NCBI RefSeq assembly: GCF_013122565.1
Contig: NZ_CP053258.1
Direction: 5' to 3' (one strand)
Source: Escherichia coli
GTDB taxonomy: Bacteria > Pseudomonadota > Gammaproteobacteria > Enterobacterales > Enterobacteriaceae
Length of the DNA stretch: 64,000 bases
The notes under the pieces: model-generated
Told to the model about the DNA's origin: nothing
Database searches by the model: none
Seen by the model: only the letters and a program-made list of their open reading frames with translations
Program-made: the position numbers and the translations under genes
In this document: in pieces, positions 49,640-60,416 of the stretch
Layout: each line of letters starts with the position of its first letter
Position numbering within the stretch: position 1 is the stretch's first letter

Positions 49640-52054
49640 TTAATACAGGTTCCGCCACTTATCATCTTCCTGCAAACGCTGGTTCCGATAGAAGATACGC
49701 AGGCCTGCTCCTGACGGAATACTGCCGCCGCGAAGGAGTAAATCGACCTCTTTCTCGCTGCCATCAAATCCTCTGGACTTCAGTTCATAGACGAGCTGCT
49801 GTCGCTGATGGTCTGTAATTCGCTGTTTGTAGTCTTTACGCCGTTTCGGTTTCACCAGGCGTAACCTTGCAGCCAGTTCCCGGCGCTCTTTTTTGCTCAT
49901 ACTGTGCAGGTATTCGTGCAACTCCTTGTCATCCATGCGGGTAATGTCCGTTCTGGTATCCCCATCAGCTGATTTGTCTTTCCCTTGTTGGTTCAAATTT
50001 TCAGCAAGGGGACAGTTATTGCCACGAGTCCAAGGGGCGCAAGCGCCCTGGTCGGCTACCGCCTCCTGAACGTCAACGGCTTTACGAACCATTTTCCACT
50101 TCACTGCATGAGTGCAGATCTTGCCCTCTGCAATGGGTGACCAGATGCCATAAATACGAATGCCGTGATCGCCATAGGCGGTCGGCTCTTCGTTAATTTC
50201 ATAAGCAGTTCTGATGAGGTGATATTTGCGGGGAACCAGTACGCCGCCCTGCTTCATGATGTAAGTGGCAAAACAACCAGCATCAGCAGCAGCCAGGATT
50301 GCATCAAGGCGCGGGTTATCCAGTACCGGCGCACCTGCTTTTTTGTCCCCCTGTTGCCTTGCCGCCTGACCAGCCAACAATCGCAGTTCACGGTAAGCCT
50401 GACGCCCCGGAATGCCAAAGAAGCGGAATTGCTGAACACGATGCAAAGACGCCCAGGCATTCACGTATTCAGCGTTATCACGCAGAGATTTACCCGTTTC
50501 CTTGCTGATCTCGCCAGCCAGACCACGCCCGTCAATGTTCTTACTGATGTATTTCGCGATGTAGCTTGTTGGCGTACCTTTGCGCGGGTTTATCAGCTCA
50601 GACTTAAAGCGTGGTCCCGTGTTATTACCCAGCTCCTCGCGGTCTTCACGAATGGCAAACTTACGCAACAAAGCAGTAATGGCTCGGCGATCTTTTTTGC
50701 GCATAAAACACAACAGGTGCCAGTGCACTGTACCGTCATGATGCGGCTCAGCCACCCGCACGCCATACCAGCGCAATCCGGCTTTGTGCATCGCTTTACG
50801 AAATGCAGCAAACATGCCGACCAGATAATCACTGCTTTGTCTTACCGTCGCGTTTGTCCAGGTCGGGTTTGGTCTGCCGTTATTTAGCGTGGAATGGAAA
50901 CGTGACGGACAGGTGATGGTGTAGAAAACGGCGCAGTCACCGCGCATTTCCGCGATAAGCTCCAGACCTTTAACACAGGCCATCATCTCATTGCGGCGAT
51001 GCGCAGGGTTGCTGCTGCTGGCGTTTACCACGTCTTCCATATCCAGCGTGTCGCCGTCTTCGTTCACCAGTTCATGAGAACGAAAAAACTCCAGCGACTT
51101 ACGGCGCTGCTCACGTTTATGCATCACGGCTTCATAGCTGACATAGGGAGATGCTTTTTTGCTGACCAGGCAGACAGCGCGCAACTGCTCTTCCCGCCAT
51201 TCGCAACGCATCTTCCATAATTTCCGATACCACCAGTCGGCGCACAACATACGCGCCAGCGAACCCGGAATGAGTTCATAGGGCACGGGTTTACGGCGGT
51301 TTCTTTTCCGGCGGAGTTGCTCAAACGCAGGTGGGATGACATCCAGTCGCAGGGTTTCTGCTGCCACCCTTTCCCATGTCTTGCGGATTTCTTCTGGCTT
51401 AACGTCATCGGTGGCATACAAATCGCCACAAGCTGCATCAAGGCACATGCTCATATGCGCAGCTACCAGGGTGGACAGGCGTTTCACCTGATCCTGACTC
51501 ATTTCAGGCAGGATCAGCAGGCCGTCCAGCCCTTCCTGGCTCGCCATAAAGCGAAAAGCAGTGGATAGCTGACTGTCGCGTACATGCTCCAGCCGTTCCA
51601 GACATGGCTTAATCGTCTCACGCAAATAGCGGGAATAAGCCTTTGGCCTGCCCAGGCTGCTGAAGTATTCAATACGTTGCATCAGCGGCTTGCTGATATG
51701 GGAAGGCTGGGCGTTAACGTCCGCCAGAATGACCATGTCTGGATTAAAACGCTGCTGCTCATGCGCCAGCTTTGCCCGGCTAATGAGCTTATCCTGCTCT
51801 ATTTCGCGTTGGACAGGATCACGGGATTCATTAAAGAAATAACGCTCCCAGACCTGATCACTCAGAGCCTCGCGGCGCAGTTGTTCCTGCTCGTTATCGG
51901 CAGCGTACAGAGTGATCAGGTTTGAAAGCGCAGAAACCGGCGCAACTTCCGCCGGGTCCAGATAAGGGTTAATGGCCTTTTTCGGGCTGTTCCATGAGAA
52001 TGCTGCGGCGACCTCGTTAAAGCCGCTGCAGTTGTTCATATCATCATGGCTCAT
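49640..52054 (-). CDS. A: replication initiation protein A (rolling-circle nickase)
   Basis: 804-aa ORF at P2/186 gene A position. Confidence 0.85.
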   Translation of the reverse strand: MSHDDMNNCSGFNEVAAAFSWNSPKKAINPYLDPAEVAPVSALSNLITLYAADNEQEQLRREALSDQVWERYFFNESRDPVQREIEQDKLISRAKLAHEQQRFNPDMVILADVNAQPSHISKPLMQRIEYFSSLGRPKAYSRYLRETIKPCLERLEHVRDSQLSTAFRFMASQEGLDGLLILPEMSQDQVKRLSTLVAAHMSMCLDAACGDLYATDDVKPEEIRKTWERVAAETLRLDVIPPAFEQLRRKRNRRKPVPYELIPGSLARMLCADWWYRKLWKMRCEWREEQLRAVCLVSKKASPYVSYEAVMHKREQRRKSLEFFRSHELVNEDGDTLDMEDVVNASSSNPAHRRNEMMACVKGLELIAEMRGDCAVFYTITCPSRFHSTLNNGRPNPTWTNATVRQSSDYLVGMFAAFRKAMHKAGLRWYGVRVAEPHHDGTVHWHLLCFMRKKDRRAITALLRKFAIREDREELGNNTGPRFKSELINPRKGTPTSYIAKYISKNIDGRGLAGEISKETGKSLRDNAEYVNAWASLHRVQQFRFFGIPGRQAYRELRLLAGQAARQQGDKKAGAPVLDNPRLDAILAAADAGCFATYIMKQGGVLVPRKYHLIRTAYEINEEPTAYGDHGIRIYGIWSPIAEGKICTHAVKWKMVRKAVDVQEAVADQGACAPWTRGNNCPLAENLNQQGKDKSADGDTRTDITRMDDKELHEYLHSMSKKERRELAARLRLVKPKRRKDYKQRITDHQRQQLVYELKSRGFDGSEKEVDLLLRGGSIPSGAGLRIFYRNQRLQEDDKWRNLY

Positions 52055-52908
52055 GCACGCACTCCGTACATGGCAGAACTATCCACGCCACGCGAAGGAT
52101 CAAATCCCACCCAGCAGCGCGCCCCGGAAACAGCAATGATTTCTGTTGCAGATTTACTCTCGCCAGCCGACACGCCGATGCTGCGTTTTGCCTTGATGTA
52201 GTGGTGAGTGAAATTGCGATACAGCGAACGAATCAGGGATGTGTCACTGTTAGAAACAATGACCGGATGTCCTTCAGATGCTCGATGTTCAAGAACGGAT
52301 GCCAGGTGATACTGGTCATCTTCAGTGAAACCATCAGTGTGATAGCCGGAAAACGTACCGTCATACGGCGGATCGCAATACACCACATCCCCCGCCTTCA
52401 ACATCGCCAGCGTTTCATCAAAGCTGGCGCAGATAAACGTTGCCCGCTGGGCTTTTTCTGCAAATGCGCGAATTTCTTTTTCAGGGAAATACGGATTTTT
52501 ATAATTACCGTAGGGAATGTTGAAATGCCCGCTCTTGTTATAGCGACATAAACCACGGTAACCGTGACGATTGAGATACAGGAAATATACCGCTTTCATG
52601 AAATCAGTAATTTCAGTGGAGTAATTAAACTCCTGCCTTATGTTGTAATAAGCCACCTCCCTGTTTGCGATCTCAAATAAAACTCTGGCGCGAGATATAA
52701 ACGATTCACAATCAGCGGCAACCTTTTTATAGAGGTTGATTAAATCAAGATTAATATCCGCAACCAGATAGCTTGGATAATCCGTCTCCATCATCACAGC
52801 ACAGGAACCCGCGAAAGGTTCAACCAGTCGCGGGCCAGCAGGAAGGTGTTTTTTCAGTTCGGACATAATTGCGGTTTTATTTCCCGCCCATTTCAGGATG
52901 GTGCTCAT
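52051..52908 (-). CDS. DNA adenine methyltransferase (Dam-like, phage-encoded)
   Basis: [11 protein letters not shown]..., DPPY catalytic motif, [16 protein letters not shown]; resembles E. coli Dam. Confidence 0.85.
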   Translation of the reverse strand: MSTILKWAGNKTAIMSELKKHLPAGPRLVEPFAGSCAVMMETDYPSYLVADINLDLINLYKKVAADCESFISRARVLFEIANREVAYYNIRQEFNYSTEITDFMKAVYFLYLNRHGYRGLCRYNKSGHFNIPYGNYKNPYFPEKEIRAFAEKAQRATFICASFDETLAMLKAGDVVYCDPPYDGTFSGYHTDGFTEDDQYHLASVLEHRASEGHPVIVSNSDTSLIRSLYRNFTHHYIKAKRSIGVSAGESKSATEIIAVSGARCWVGFDPSRGVDSSAMYGVRA

Positions 52909-53132
52909 ACAGCACCTCCGTTGTAATGTTTGCCTTTCAGCTCTGCGATTTCCTGACAGGTAATGCAAAGCTGCACTCCCGGAATGGCGCGGCGTCGTGC
53001 TGGCGGAATTGGCGCTTCACATTCAATGCAAAGTACGCGTGACACGCCCGGTGATTTGGCACGGGCTGCACGGATATGGCGCTGGCGTTCTTCTTCAACG
53101 CGCTGCTGTACGAGATCCATTGCATCAGCCAT
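52905..53132 (-). CDS. TraR/DksA-family C4 zinc-finger protein
   Basis: 75-aa ORF with CIECEAPI...CITCQ. Confidence 0.7.
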   Translation of the reverse strand: MADAMDLVQQRVEEERQRHIRAARAKSPGVSRVLCIECEAPIPPARRRAIPGVQLCITCQEIAELKGKHYNGGAV

Positions 53133-53371
53133 TAGTGGATCTCCTGCGCTTCGTTCTGGATTGCTTCAGCAGTGACACGCAGCAGTTCTGCCGCTTCGAC
53201 GTGGTTTAGCTGGCGGGATGTGATATGACACGCCAGGCTATCAAGGCGAGCTGCCATTGCTTCAGCCCTTGCCCGGCGCTCTTCCAGACGAGCCTCTGTC
53301 AGTAAAATATTAAGCCCTGCGTCATCCGGTCCGGTTTTAGTCGTGAGGGTTTCAATATTACGCATAATCAA
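53132..53371 (-). CDS. hypothetical phage early protein
   Basis: 79-aa ORF in early operon. Confidence 0.5.
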   Translation of the reverse strand: MIMRNIETLTTKTGPDDAGLNILLTEARLEERRARAEAMAARLDSLACHITSRQLNHVEAAELLRVTAEAIQNEAQEIH

Positions 53372-53432
53372 TTCTCCTGAATTTAGATAAAGGAATGCCC
53401 GGCGGGTTTACGCCATGAATTTCATTAGTTGG

Positions 53433-53774
53433 TTAATTCGGCATGGTTAGCCGTCTGGGAAATAAGCTCACCACTGCACGAAAATGATTCATTGCTTTAA
53501 TCAGCTCCCGCTTTTCGTCAGTGGTCAGCTCATTAATGCTGATGCTATGACGTTCAGCTGGAATTTTTGCCATAAAGAATATAGCAGCTAGTGCCCGTTT
53601 ATTTTGTTCATTATTGATATCCCGTGGATCACGCATATCTTTAATAAACCGCTCAAGCTCTGACTCAATATTCAGGCCAAAAACTTTCGCCCTTAATTCC
53701 GCTATGTGATTAAGTCCATTCAGGCGTTCACCGGGGCTTAATGGAACAGTCGCCGCAGCGCCATTAATTGCCAT
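53433..53774 (-). CDS. hypothetical phage early protein
   Basis: 113-aa ORF in early operon. Confidence 0.5.
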   Translation of the reverse strand: MAINGAAATVPLSPGERLNGLNHIAELRAKVFGLNIESELERFIKDMRDPRDINNEQNKRALAAIFFMAKIPAERHSISINELTTDEKRELIKAMNHFRAVVSLFPRRLTMPN

Positions 53775-53796
53775 AATTCATATCCCCAAAACGCAA

Positions 53797-54021
53797 CTAT
53801 CGTTCTTTGTTCTTACGGTAACGTTCAAGAGGAGATACATTTTTTCGTATCGTCTCTTTAACCTGCTCTCCCCGTAAAAACGTCCCATCCTTTAACGCGA
53901 AAAAGTAACTGCCATCGCCCGACAATGACGGATAGCAACAGAGCAAATCATCTTCAGGTACTGAATAACTCTCCCCTCTGTAACGAAACTGATAAACCAC
54001 TTCACTTTCTGCCGCATACAT
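53797..54021 (-). CDS. hypothetical phage early protein
   Basis: 74-aa ORF. Confidence 0.45.
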   Translation of the reverse strand: MYAAESEVVYQFRYRGESYSVPEDDLLCCYPSLSGDGSYFFALKDGTFLRGEQVKETIRKNVSPLERYRKNKER

Positions 54022-54188
54022 TTGGACTTTCTCCGTTTCCTCATGGTCAATTCAGACAGCAATTCATCTTGTGAATGACATGGATGCCAGCGTTTTCCAT
54101 CCTCACCCGTGATCCAGCCGTGACCGTAGTGCATTGCCGGGCTTTGTTTTACCAGCAGCGATGCAAATGATGGTTCTTTCGTCAGCAT
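53892..54188 (-). CDS. hypothetical protein (overlaps previous ORF in another frame; uncertain)
   Basis: 98-aa ORF with GAGGTG RBS. Confidence 0.3.
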   Translation of the reverse strand: MLTKEPSFASLLVKQSPAMHYGHGWITGEDGKRWHPCHSQDELLSELTMRKRRKSKCMRQKVKWFISFVTEGRVIQYLKMICSVAIRHCRAMAVTFSR

Positions 54189-54195
54189 AAGCACC

Positions 54196-54705
54196 TCACA
54201 GCAAACCGAATGAAGCACCGAGGCCAGTCACGGTATCAACTGCACTCGCCATCGCAGGGTTAGCCTGTAAACGGGCCTGCAATGAAACAGCAGCCAACGC
54301 CATCAGTCGTGTTACAGAGTTAATGCTGCTGATAGCATCACGACGACCTGCACTGGTTTTTACATCGCCAGATACCGCACCTGCAGCAACACGCCCGATC
54401 TCTGCGGTTGCACTCATGACGTAATGTGGCAGTTTCTCTTTTGCCACCTCATTAATCGGTACGCATGGCAGGCAGTGAATCTGAGCCAGAAAACCATCTA
54501 CCAGCGTTGAATCTTCAGTCAGATCGGTAAGCAGCCAGATTTCTGGTGCGGTTAATAAATGAGGTTGAGCCGGGTTCAGCTTGTTCCGCAGAATCTGCAC
54601 ATTCATGCCAGCACGTTCTGCCAGTTGCACCAGGTTGTGGCGCAGCGCGAATGCACGACAGGCTTCATCAAAATGTGGATGTTTGGAAACTTGGTAATCA
54701 AACAT
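54196..54705 (-). CDS. B: replication protein B-like
   Basis: [25 protein letters not shown]... at gene B position. Confidence 0.7.
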   Translation of the reverse strand: MFDYQVSKHPHFDEACRAFALRHNLVQLAERAGMNVQILRNKLNPAQPHLLTAPEIWLLTDLTEDSTLVDGFLAQIHCLPCVPINEVAKEKLPHYVMSATAEIGRVAAGAVSGDVKTSAGRRDAISSINSVTRLMALAAVSLQARLQANPAMASAVDTVTGLGASFGLL

Positions 54706-54737
54706 GGTCGACACCTCTGATGTATCCCAAAATGGAA

Positions 54738-54959
54738 CTAGTTGAATACAACATTGCAATCAGTAAGTGCATCAACGGTAAGAGCAGCAAGGTTGATCAT
54801 TACTTTTTCTCTTTTCTTGTCTTTACGAAGACGATGCCGAGGAATGCGACCATCCGCCAACATATCGTTGATTGTGTCGATTGAAAGACCAGTAAGTTCG
54901 CTATAACGCTCGATTGTGACGTGTGGCGTATTCAGAGTTATTGAAATGTTAGGGGTCAT
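54738..54959 (-). CDS. Apl/Cox-like excisionase and transcriptional regulator
   Basis: 73-aa ORF, first gene of lytic operon, divergent from cI. Confidence 0.6.
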   Translation of the reverse strand: MTPNISITLNTPHVTIERYSELTGLSIDTINDMLADGRIPRHRLRKDKKREKVMINLAALTVDALTDCNVVFN

Positions 54960-55009
54960 GATGCAACATCTCCTATTGGCTTGTGGTGAGCCTGTAGTAA
55001 TCGCGACAA

Positions 55010-55025
55010 GTACCCAATTGGGTAC
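55010..55025. promoter_or_regulatory. perfect 16-bp palindrome GTACCCAATTGGGTAC in immunity switch region
   Basis: Between divergent apl/cox-like and cI starts; candidate operator. Confidence 0.5.
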
Positions 55026-55054
55026 AAAACTGATACTAGGATCGCAAAAGAGAT

Positions 55055-55651
55055 ATGTCAACATCAAAGTACCCAAGTGAGATCAAAATAAATCCCAATA
55101 AAGGTGGTAAGGCTGCGATTGAGCGATTAGTCGAAGCCTATGGCTTTACGACACGACAGGCTTTAGCTGATCACTTGGAAGTATCAAAAAGCACACTAGC
55201 GAACAGGTATTTGCGGGATACATTTCCTGCTGACTGGATAATCCAATGTGCTCTTGAAACAGGAACCTCCCTCAAATGGTTAACTACCGGACAAGGCCTT
55301 AAGCAAAGCTCGCTGACAGCAGCTACAGAAGAGCTTGTTAAGTTTCGCCTTGCCGCAGGCAAAATGATTGAAGACGGTTCATATGTCTTCGATTCATCAT
55401 TTCTTCCTGCAAACCTTTCATCACCAATTGTTATTCAGGATGGACTCGTCACATACATTTGTGATCAAAAATTTTCTGAAGTACTTGATGGAAACTGGTT
55501 AATCAATATCGACGGAACCTATTCCATTCGAAAAATCACAAGGCTTCCTAAAGGAATGATTAAAATTACAACAGCAGAGAATAGCTTTGAATGTGCATTT
55601 TCTGATATTGAAGTGGTTGCTTGTATAAGAAGTACAATAGTCTCGAATTAA
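55055..55651 (+). CDS. cI: CI-type immunity repressor (186-like)
   Basis: 198-aa ORF, HTH N-terminal region; divergent from lytic operon. Confidence 0.75.
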   Translation: MSTSKYPSEIKINPNKGGKAAIERLVEAYGFTTRQALADHLEVSKSTLANRYLRDTFPADWIIQCALETGTSLKWLTTGQGLKQSSLTAATEELVKFRLAAGKMIEDGSYVFDSSFLPANLSSPIVIQDGLVTYICDQKFSEVLDGNWLINIDGTYSIRKITRLPKGMIKITTAENSFECAFSDIEVVACIRSTIVSN

Positions 55652-55671
55652 TATAGTAAAAGGATTTTAAA

Positions 55672-57348
55672 ATGAATTCATTTGCCATCGTTATACTCTT
55701 ATTAGCATTTCTCGCCCCTGTTCTAGCTGTAATATTATTTAAACAAAGTAAAAAACACAAAGCGGCTATAGATAACCTGACAGCTAACAACATAGCCCTT
55801 TCTAACCAACTGATTGAAAATCAAGAAAAACTAGCACAGACCGTACGAGAATTATCAGATCTTGAAGGGCGAGCAGCACCATTGTGGCAATACGAAGAAT
55901 TGCACAGCGCAGTAATGGATGCAGAGAATAAGATAAAAAATGCGGACTCAATAGCCAAGCAAAAAATAGATGAAGCCCAAATTAAGGCGGCTAAAACAGT
56001 AAACGAAGCAAATTATCAAGCTCAGATAACAATAAGCAACGCTAATAGCGAAGCTATAGCAATCACCAAAGACGCTCGCGATGCACGCCTGAAAGCCAAA
56101 GAACGTCTTGATAATGCTAATAATAAAGCAAATGAGCTAATCTCAAATGCTAATGACAATGCAGTAAAAATTATTTCTGATGCAGAAGAAAGAGCAAAGG
56201 AGATTGCTGGTTCAGCATATGAAGCTAAAGAGTTTGCAGAAAAATATGAAGCAGTTGCAAAATCAATGAAAAATAAAATTGAAGGTTATGGTGATGAATG
56301 GATCATCCCTAACCGTAGTGTACTTGATGAGCTGGCAGAAAATTATGAATTTACAGATGCAGGCAAGGAATTACAAAAAGCCAGAGAGTTAACCAAATCA
56401 TTAATAAAAACTAATAAAGCTGCTTCGTGTGATTATGTTGAGCAAAACAGGCGTAATACTGCCATAAACTTTGTTTTGGATGCCTTCAATGGAAGAGTTG
56501 ACAGTATTTTATCAAAAGTCAAACACAACAATTTTGGAAAACTTTCCCAAGAAATAAAAGATGCATTTCAACTAGTAAATTACAATGGCTCTGCCTTTAG
56601 GTCCGCAAAAATAAGTGACATCTATCTTCAGGCAAGACTCAACGAGCTAAAATGGGGTGTAGCAGTTAATGAAATTATGCTCGAAGAAAAAGAAGAGCAA
56701 AGAAGGATTAAAGAACAGCTTCGTGAAGAGGAAAGAGCTCGTAGAGAATATGAAAAAGCGATAAAAGAAGCTGAAAAAGAAGAAAAAGCTATTCAGCAAG
56801 CTATAAATAAAGCAACGAAAGAACTTATGCTTGCAAATGAAGAACAACGCTTAGCTTTAGAGCAAAAAATAGCTGAACTACAGTTAAAATATGAAGAAGC
56901 TGAAGCTAAAAATCAACGAGCTATTTCTATGGCTCAACAAACCAGATCAGGCCACGTCTATATCATTAGTAATATTGGTTCATTTGGCGAAGATGTATAT
57001 AAAATTGGAATGACACGCCGCCTTGAACCACTTGATCGTGTTCGTGAACTCGGAGATGCTAGTGTTCCTTTTTCGTTCGATGTTCATGCGATGATTTATA
57101 GTGATGATGCACCATCATTAGAAAACCATCTGCATAAAGTTTTCAACGAAAAGCAGGTCAATAAAATTAACTCACGAAAAGAGTTTTTTAACGTAAATTT
57201 AAAAGAAATCAAATCAGTTATTGAAGACATGAACATCAACGCCCACTGGACAATGTTTGCAGAGGCGAAAGAATATAGAGAGTCTCTAGCTATTGAGCAG
57301 GAGCGCAAAGCAGCCACTTCCGCCAACGATGAACTACATGTTGCTTAG
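55672..57348 (+). CDS. membrane-anchored coiled-coil protein with C-terminal T5orf172/GIY-YIG-like domain
   Basis: 558-aa ORF; N-terminal TM; long coiled-coil repeats; C-terminal GHVYIISN...YKIGMTRR...RVRELG; about 37% GC; between cI and int. Confidence 0.65.
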   Translation: MNSFAIVILLLAFLAPVLAVILFKQSKKHKAAIDNLTANNIALSNQLIENQEKLAQTVRELSDLEGRAAPLWQYEELHSAVMDAENKIKNADSIAKQKIDEAQIKAAKTVNEANYQAQITISNANSEAIAITKDARDARLKAKERLDNANNKANELISNANDNAVKIISDAEERAKEIAGSAYEAKEFAEKYEAVAKSMKNKIEGYGDEWIIPNRSVLDELAENYEFTDAGKELQKARELTKSLIKTNKAASCDYVEQNRRNTAINFVLDAFNGRVDSILSKVKHNNFGKLSQEIKDAFQLVNYNGSAFRSAKISDIYLQARLNELKWGVAVNEIMLEEKEEQRRIKEQLREEERARREYEKAIKEAEKEEKAIQQAINKATKELMLANEEQRLALEQKIAELQLKYEEAEAKNQRAISMAQQTRSGHVYIISNIGSFGEDVYKIGMTRRLEPLDRVRELGDASVPFSFDVHAMIYSDDAPSLENHLHKVFNEKQVNKINSRKEFFNVNLKEIKSVIEDMNINAHWTMFAEAKEYRESLAIEQERKAATSANDELHVA

Positions 57349-57430
57349 CAATGTATGTTTCATAGTAATCACACATTGATTACTGGTTACATATACAGTT
57401 AAATTTAGCCCTCTGATATGAGGGCTTTTT

Positions 57431-58486
57431 ATGGCAGTACGAAAACTAACCACAGGGAAATGGCTTTGCGAATGTTACCCCGCCGGACGTAGCGGACGCC
57501 GTGTGCGTAAACAATTCGCCACCAAAGGCGAAGCACTGGCCTTCGAGCGATACACCATGGGGGAAATAGAAGCAAAGCCCTGGCTGGGCGAATCAGTGGA
57601 TCGTCGGACACTGAAAGATATGGTTGAGCTATGGTTCAAATTACATGGCAAATCTCTTACTGCCGGACAGCATGTCTACAACAAGCTGCTGTTGATGGTT
57701 GACGCCTTGGGAAATCCCCTTGCAACTGATCTCACCTCAAAAATGTTTGCTCACTATCGCGATAAACGCCTTACTGGTGAAATCTACTTCAGTGAAAAAT
57801 GGAAGAAAGGAGCAAGCCCAGTTACTGTTAACCTGGAGCAAAGCCATCTAAGCAGCGTTTTCAGAGAACTTTCCCGCCTGGGTGAATGGACACTTCCAAA
57901 CCCATTAGAGAAGATGCGCAAATTCACTATCGCAGAAAAGGAAATGGCATGGCTTACACATGAGCAGATTATCGAATTACTGTCTGACTGCAAACGTCAG
58001 AACCCAATTCTGGCACTGGTGGTAAAAATATGTCTAAGTACAGGCGCACGTTGGCGAGAAGCAATCAATCTTACCCGCTCACAGGTCACCAAGTACCGAA
58101 TCACCTTTGTGAGAACGAAGGGGAAGAAAAACAGAAGCATCCCTATCAGTAAAGAGCTTTATGAAGAGATCATGGCGCTCGATGGGTTCAATTTCTTCAC
58201 AGACTGCTATTTTCAATTTTTATCCGTGATGGAAAAAACGTCTATCGTTCTCCCTCGCGGTCAACTGACACACGTTCTGCGCCATACGTTTGCGGCGCAC
58301 TTCATGATGTCGGGTGGAAACATCTTGGCCTTACAAAAAATTCTCGGACACCACGATATAAAAATGACTATGCGTTATGCGCATCTGGCACCGGATCATT
58401 TGGAAACGGCGCTCCGTTTCAATCCACTGGCAACGTTACCAAATGGCGACAAAGTGGCGGCAGCGGTTGGCATTACCCCGCAATAA
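57431..58486 (+). CDS. int: tyrosine integrase (P2/186 family)
   Basis: 351-aa ORF with R..HxxR..Y catalytic pattern (TGARWREA...LRHTFAAHF...MRYAH). Confidence 0.85.
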   Translation: MAVRKLTTGKWLCECYPAGRSGRRVRKQFATKGEALAFERYTMGEIEAKPWLGESVDRRTLKDMVELWFKLHGKSLTAGQHVYNKLLLMVDALGNPLATDLTSKMFAHYRDKRLTGEIYFSEKWKKGASPVTVNLEQSHLSSVFRELSRLGEWTLPNPLEKMRKFTIAEKEMAWLTHEQIIELLSDCKRQNPILALVVKICLSTGARWREAINLTRSQVTKYRITFVRTKGKKNRSIPISKELYEEIMALDGFNFFTDCYFQFLSVMEKTSIVLPRGQLTHVLRHTFAAHFMMSGGNILALQKILGHHDIKMTMRYAHLAPDHLETALRFNPLATLPNGDKVAAAVGITPQ

Positions 58487-58557
58487 CCACCACTGACCAC
58501 CACATTAAGTTATTGTTTTTTATCTAACTTATTGTTTTTATTAACCCATTTAGATAA

Positions 58558-58584
58558 GTGGGTTTTTTGTTGCCTAAAATTTAT
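58558..58584. repeat. attR core direct repeat gtgggttttttgttgcctaaaatttat
   Basis: 26/27 identical to attL copy; 3 bp from rcdA stop. Confidence 0.75.
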
Positions 58585-58587
58585 CTA

Positions 58588-59124
58588 CTACCCTGCAACC
58601 CTCTCAACCATCCTCAAAATCTCCTCGCGCGATAGCGGCTTACGGTCGGTGACAAAATGCAGCGTCATCCCCTCAATAAACGCATCAAGCGCGCGGGCGG
58701 TTCCGGGTTCAAACCATTGTTCGAGCGTTTGCTGACTGCGCTGCATCCAGTTTTGCATTACCGTTTTTAATAGCGGTTTTCGGCTAGCCAGCGCGTAGAG
58801 CTGGTACATCAGCTCCATGTTATCCGGCGTTGCCACCTGTGAGCTGTAGATCATATCGGTGATAGCCTGGCATGCGCCTTGAGCATCACGAACATCGCTA
58901 AAAAATGCCTGATATTGCCGGGACATGATCTCAGTAAAACTGCTGAACGCCTCCAGCAACAACTCATCAATTCCTGAAAAATAGTAGGTCATCGATCCCA
59001 ACGGTACCCCGGCAAGGGTAGCAATTTTGCGGTGCGTAACAGCATGTATTCCGTAAAGTTTCACCGCCTCCAGCGTGGCCTGGATAATTTTTTCTCGCCG
59101 TTGCGGATCGTTAGCGCGACGCAT
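58588..59124 (-). CDS. rcdA: TetR-family regulator RcdA (YbjK)
   Basis: [25 protein letters not shown]... Confidence 0.88.
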   Translation of the reverse strand: MRRANDPQRREKIIQATLEAVKLYGIHAVTHRKIATLAGVPLGSMTYYFSGIDELLLEAFSSFTEIMSRQYQAFFSDVRDAQGACQAITDMIYSSQVATPDNMELMYQLYALASRKPLLKTVMQNWMQRSQQTLEQWFEPGTARALDAFIEGMTLHFVTDRKPLSREEILRMVERVAG

Positions 59125-59207
59125 GTCATTTCCTCTCTCTGCAATTGTGTACAAATGTACACAACCTTGCTAATGTTGTCTTCCCTCTTCTTATTTTGAC
59201 GTGATCT

Positions 59208-60416
59208 ATGACCGTAAATTCTTCACGTAATGCATTGAAACGCCGAACCTGGGCGCTGTTTATGTTCTTCTTTTTGCCAGGCCTGTTAATGGCGTCCTGG
59301 GCAACCCGTACGCCTGCTATCCGCGATATTCTCTCTGTCTCGATCGCTGAAATGGGCGGTGTTCTCTTTGGTCTGTCGATCGGTTCGATGAGCGGTATTC
59401 TCTGCTCGGCGTGGTTAGTGAAACGCTTTGGGACACGTAATGTCATCCTGGTCACGATGTCCTGCGCATTGATCGGGATGATGATATTAAGTCTGGCACT
59501 CTGGCTGACATCGCCCCTGCTCTTCGCGGTTGGTCTCGGTGTCTTTGGGGCAAGTTTTGGTTCTGCGGAAGTGGCGATAAACGTTGAAGGTGCCGCCGTT
59601 GAGCGAGAAATGAATAAAACGGTTTTGCCGATGATGCACGGTTTTTATAGCCTGGGCACGCTGGCAGGCGCTGGTGTCGGGATGGCACTGACGGCCTTTG
59701 GCGTTCCGGCAACGGTGCACATTTTATTGGCGGCGCTGGTGGGCATCGCGCCTATTTATATCGCCATTCAGGCAATCCCTGACGGTACGGGCAAAAATGC
59801 TGCCGATGGCACCCAGCATGGCGAAAAAGGCGTACCTTTTTATCGCGATATCCAGTTGCTGTTGATTGGTGTTGTAGTGCTGGCGATGGCCTTTGCCGAA
59901 GGTTCTGCCAACGACTGGTTACCCTTATTAATGGTTGACGGTCACGGTTTTAGCCCTACTTCCGGCTCGCTGATTTATGCCGGTTTTACCCTGGGGATGA
60001 CCGTTGGACGCTTCACCGGCGGTTGGTTCATCGACCGTTACAGTCGCGTTGCCGTGGTTCGTGCCAGTGCACTAATGGGGGCGTTGGGTATTGGGCTGAT
60101 TATTTTTGTCGATAGCGCCTGGGTCGCTGGGGTGTCTGTTGTACTCTGGGGACTGGGTGCCTCGCTGGGCTTCCCGCTGACCATTTCTGCCGCCAGCGAT
60201 ACCGGCCCCGATGCACCAACCCGCGTCAGTGTGGTAGCAACGACCGGTTATCTGGCTTTCCTCGTCGGGCCGCCGCTGCTGGGCTATCTCGGCGAACATT
60301 ATGGATTACGTAGTGCAATGCTGGTTGTACTGGCGCTGGTTATTCTCGCGGCTATTGTCGCGAAAGCCGTCGCCAAACCCGATACCAAAACGCAAACGGC
60401 GATGGAGAATAGTTGA
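59208..60416 (+). CDS. ybjJ: MFS transporter YbjJ
   Basis: 402-aa 12-TM ORF, synteny. Confidence 0.85.

Larger units (their letters stand above)
23385..58584. mobile_element. P2/186-family prophage (about 35.2 kb, apparently complete) inserted between ybjL and rcdA
   Basis: 27-bp direct repeats at both ends; integrase, CI, replication, capsid, tail, lysis and ogr genes in P2 order. Confidence 0.85.

Noticed and set aside
50165-50887. 240-aa plus-strand ORF
   Set aside because: Antisense inside replication gene A
56647-56847. 66-aa minus-strand ORF rich in Phe/Ser
   Set aside because: Antisense reading of the Glu/Lys-rich coiled-coil region of the cI–int cargo gene
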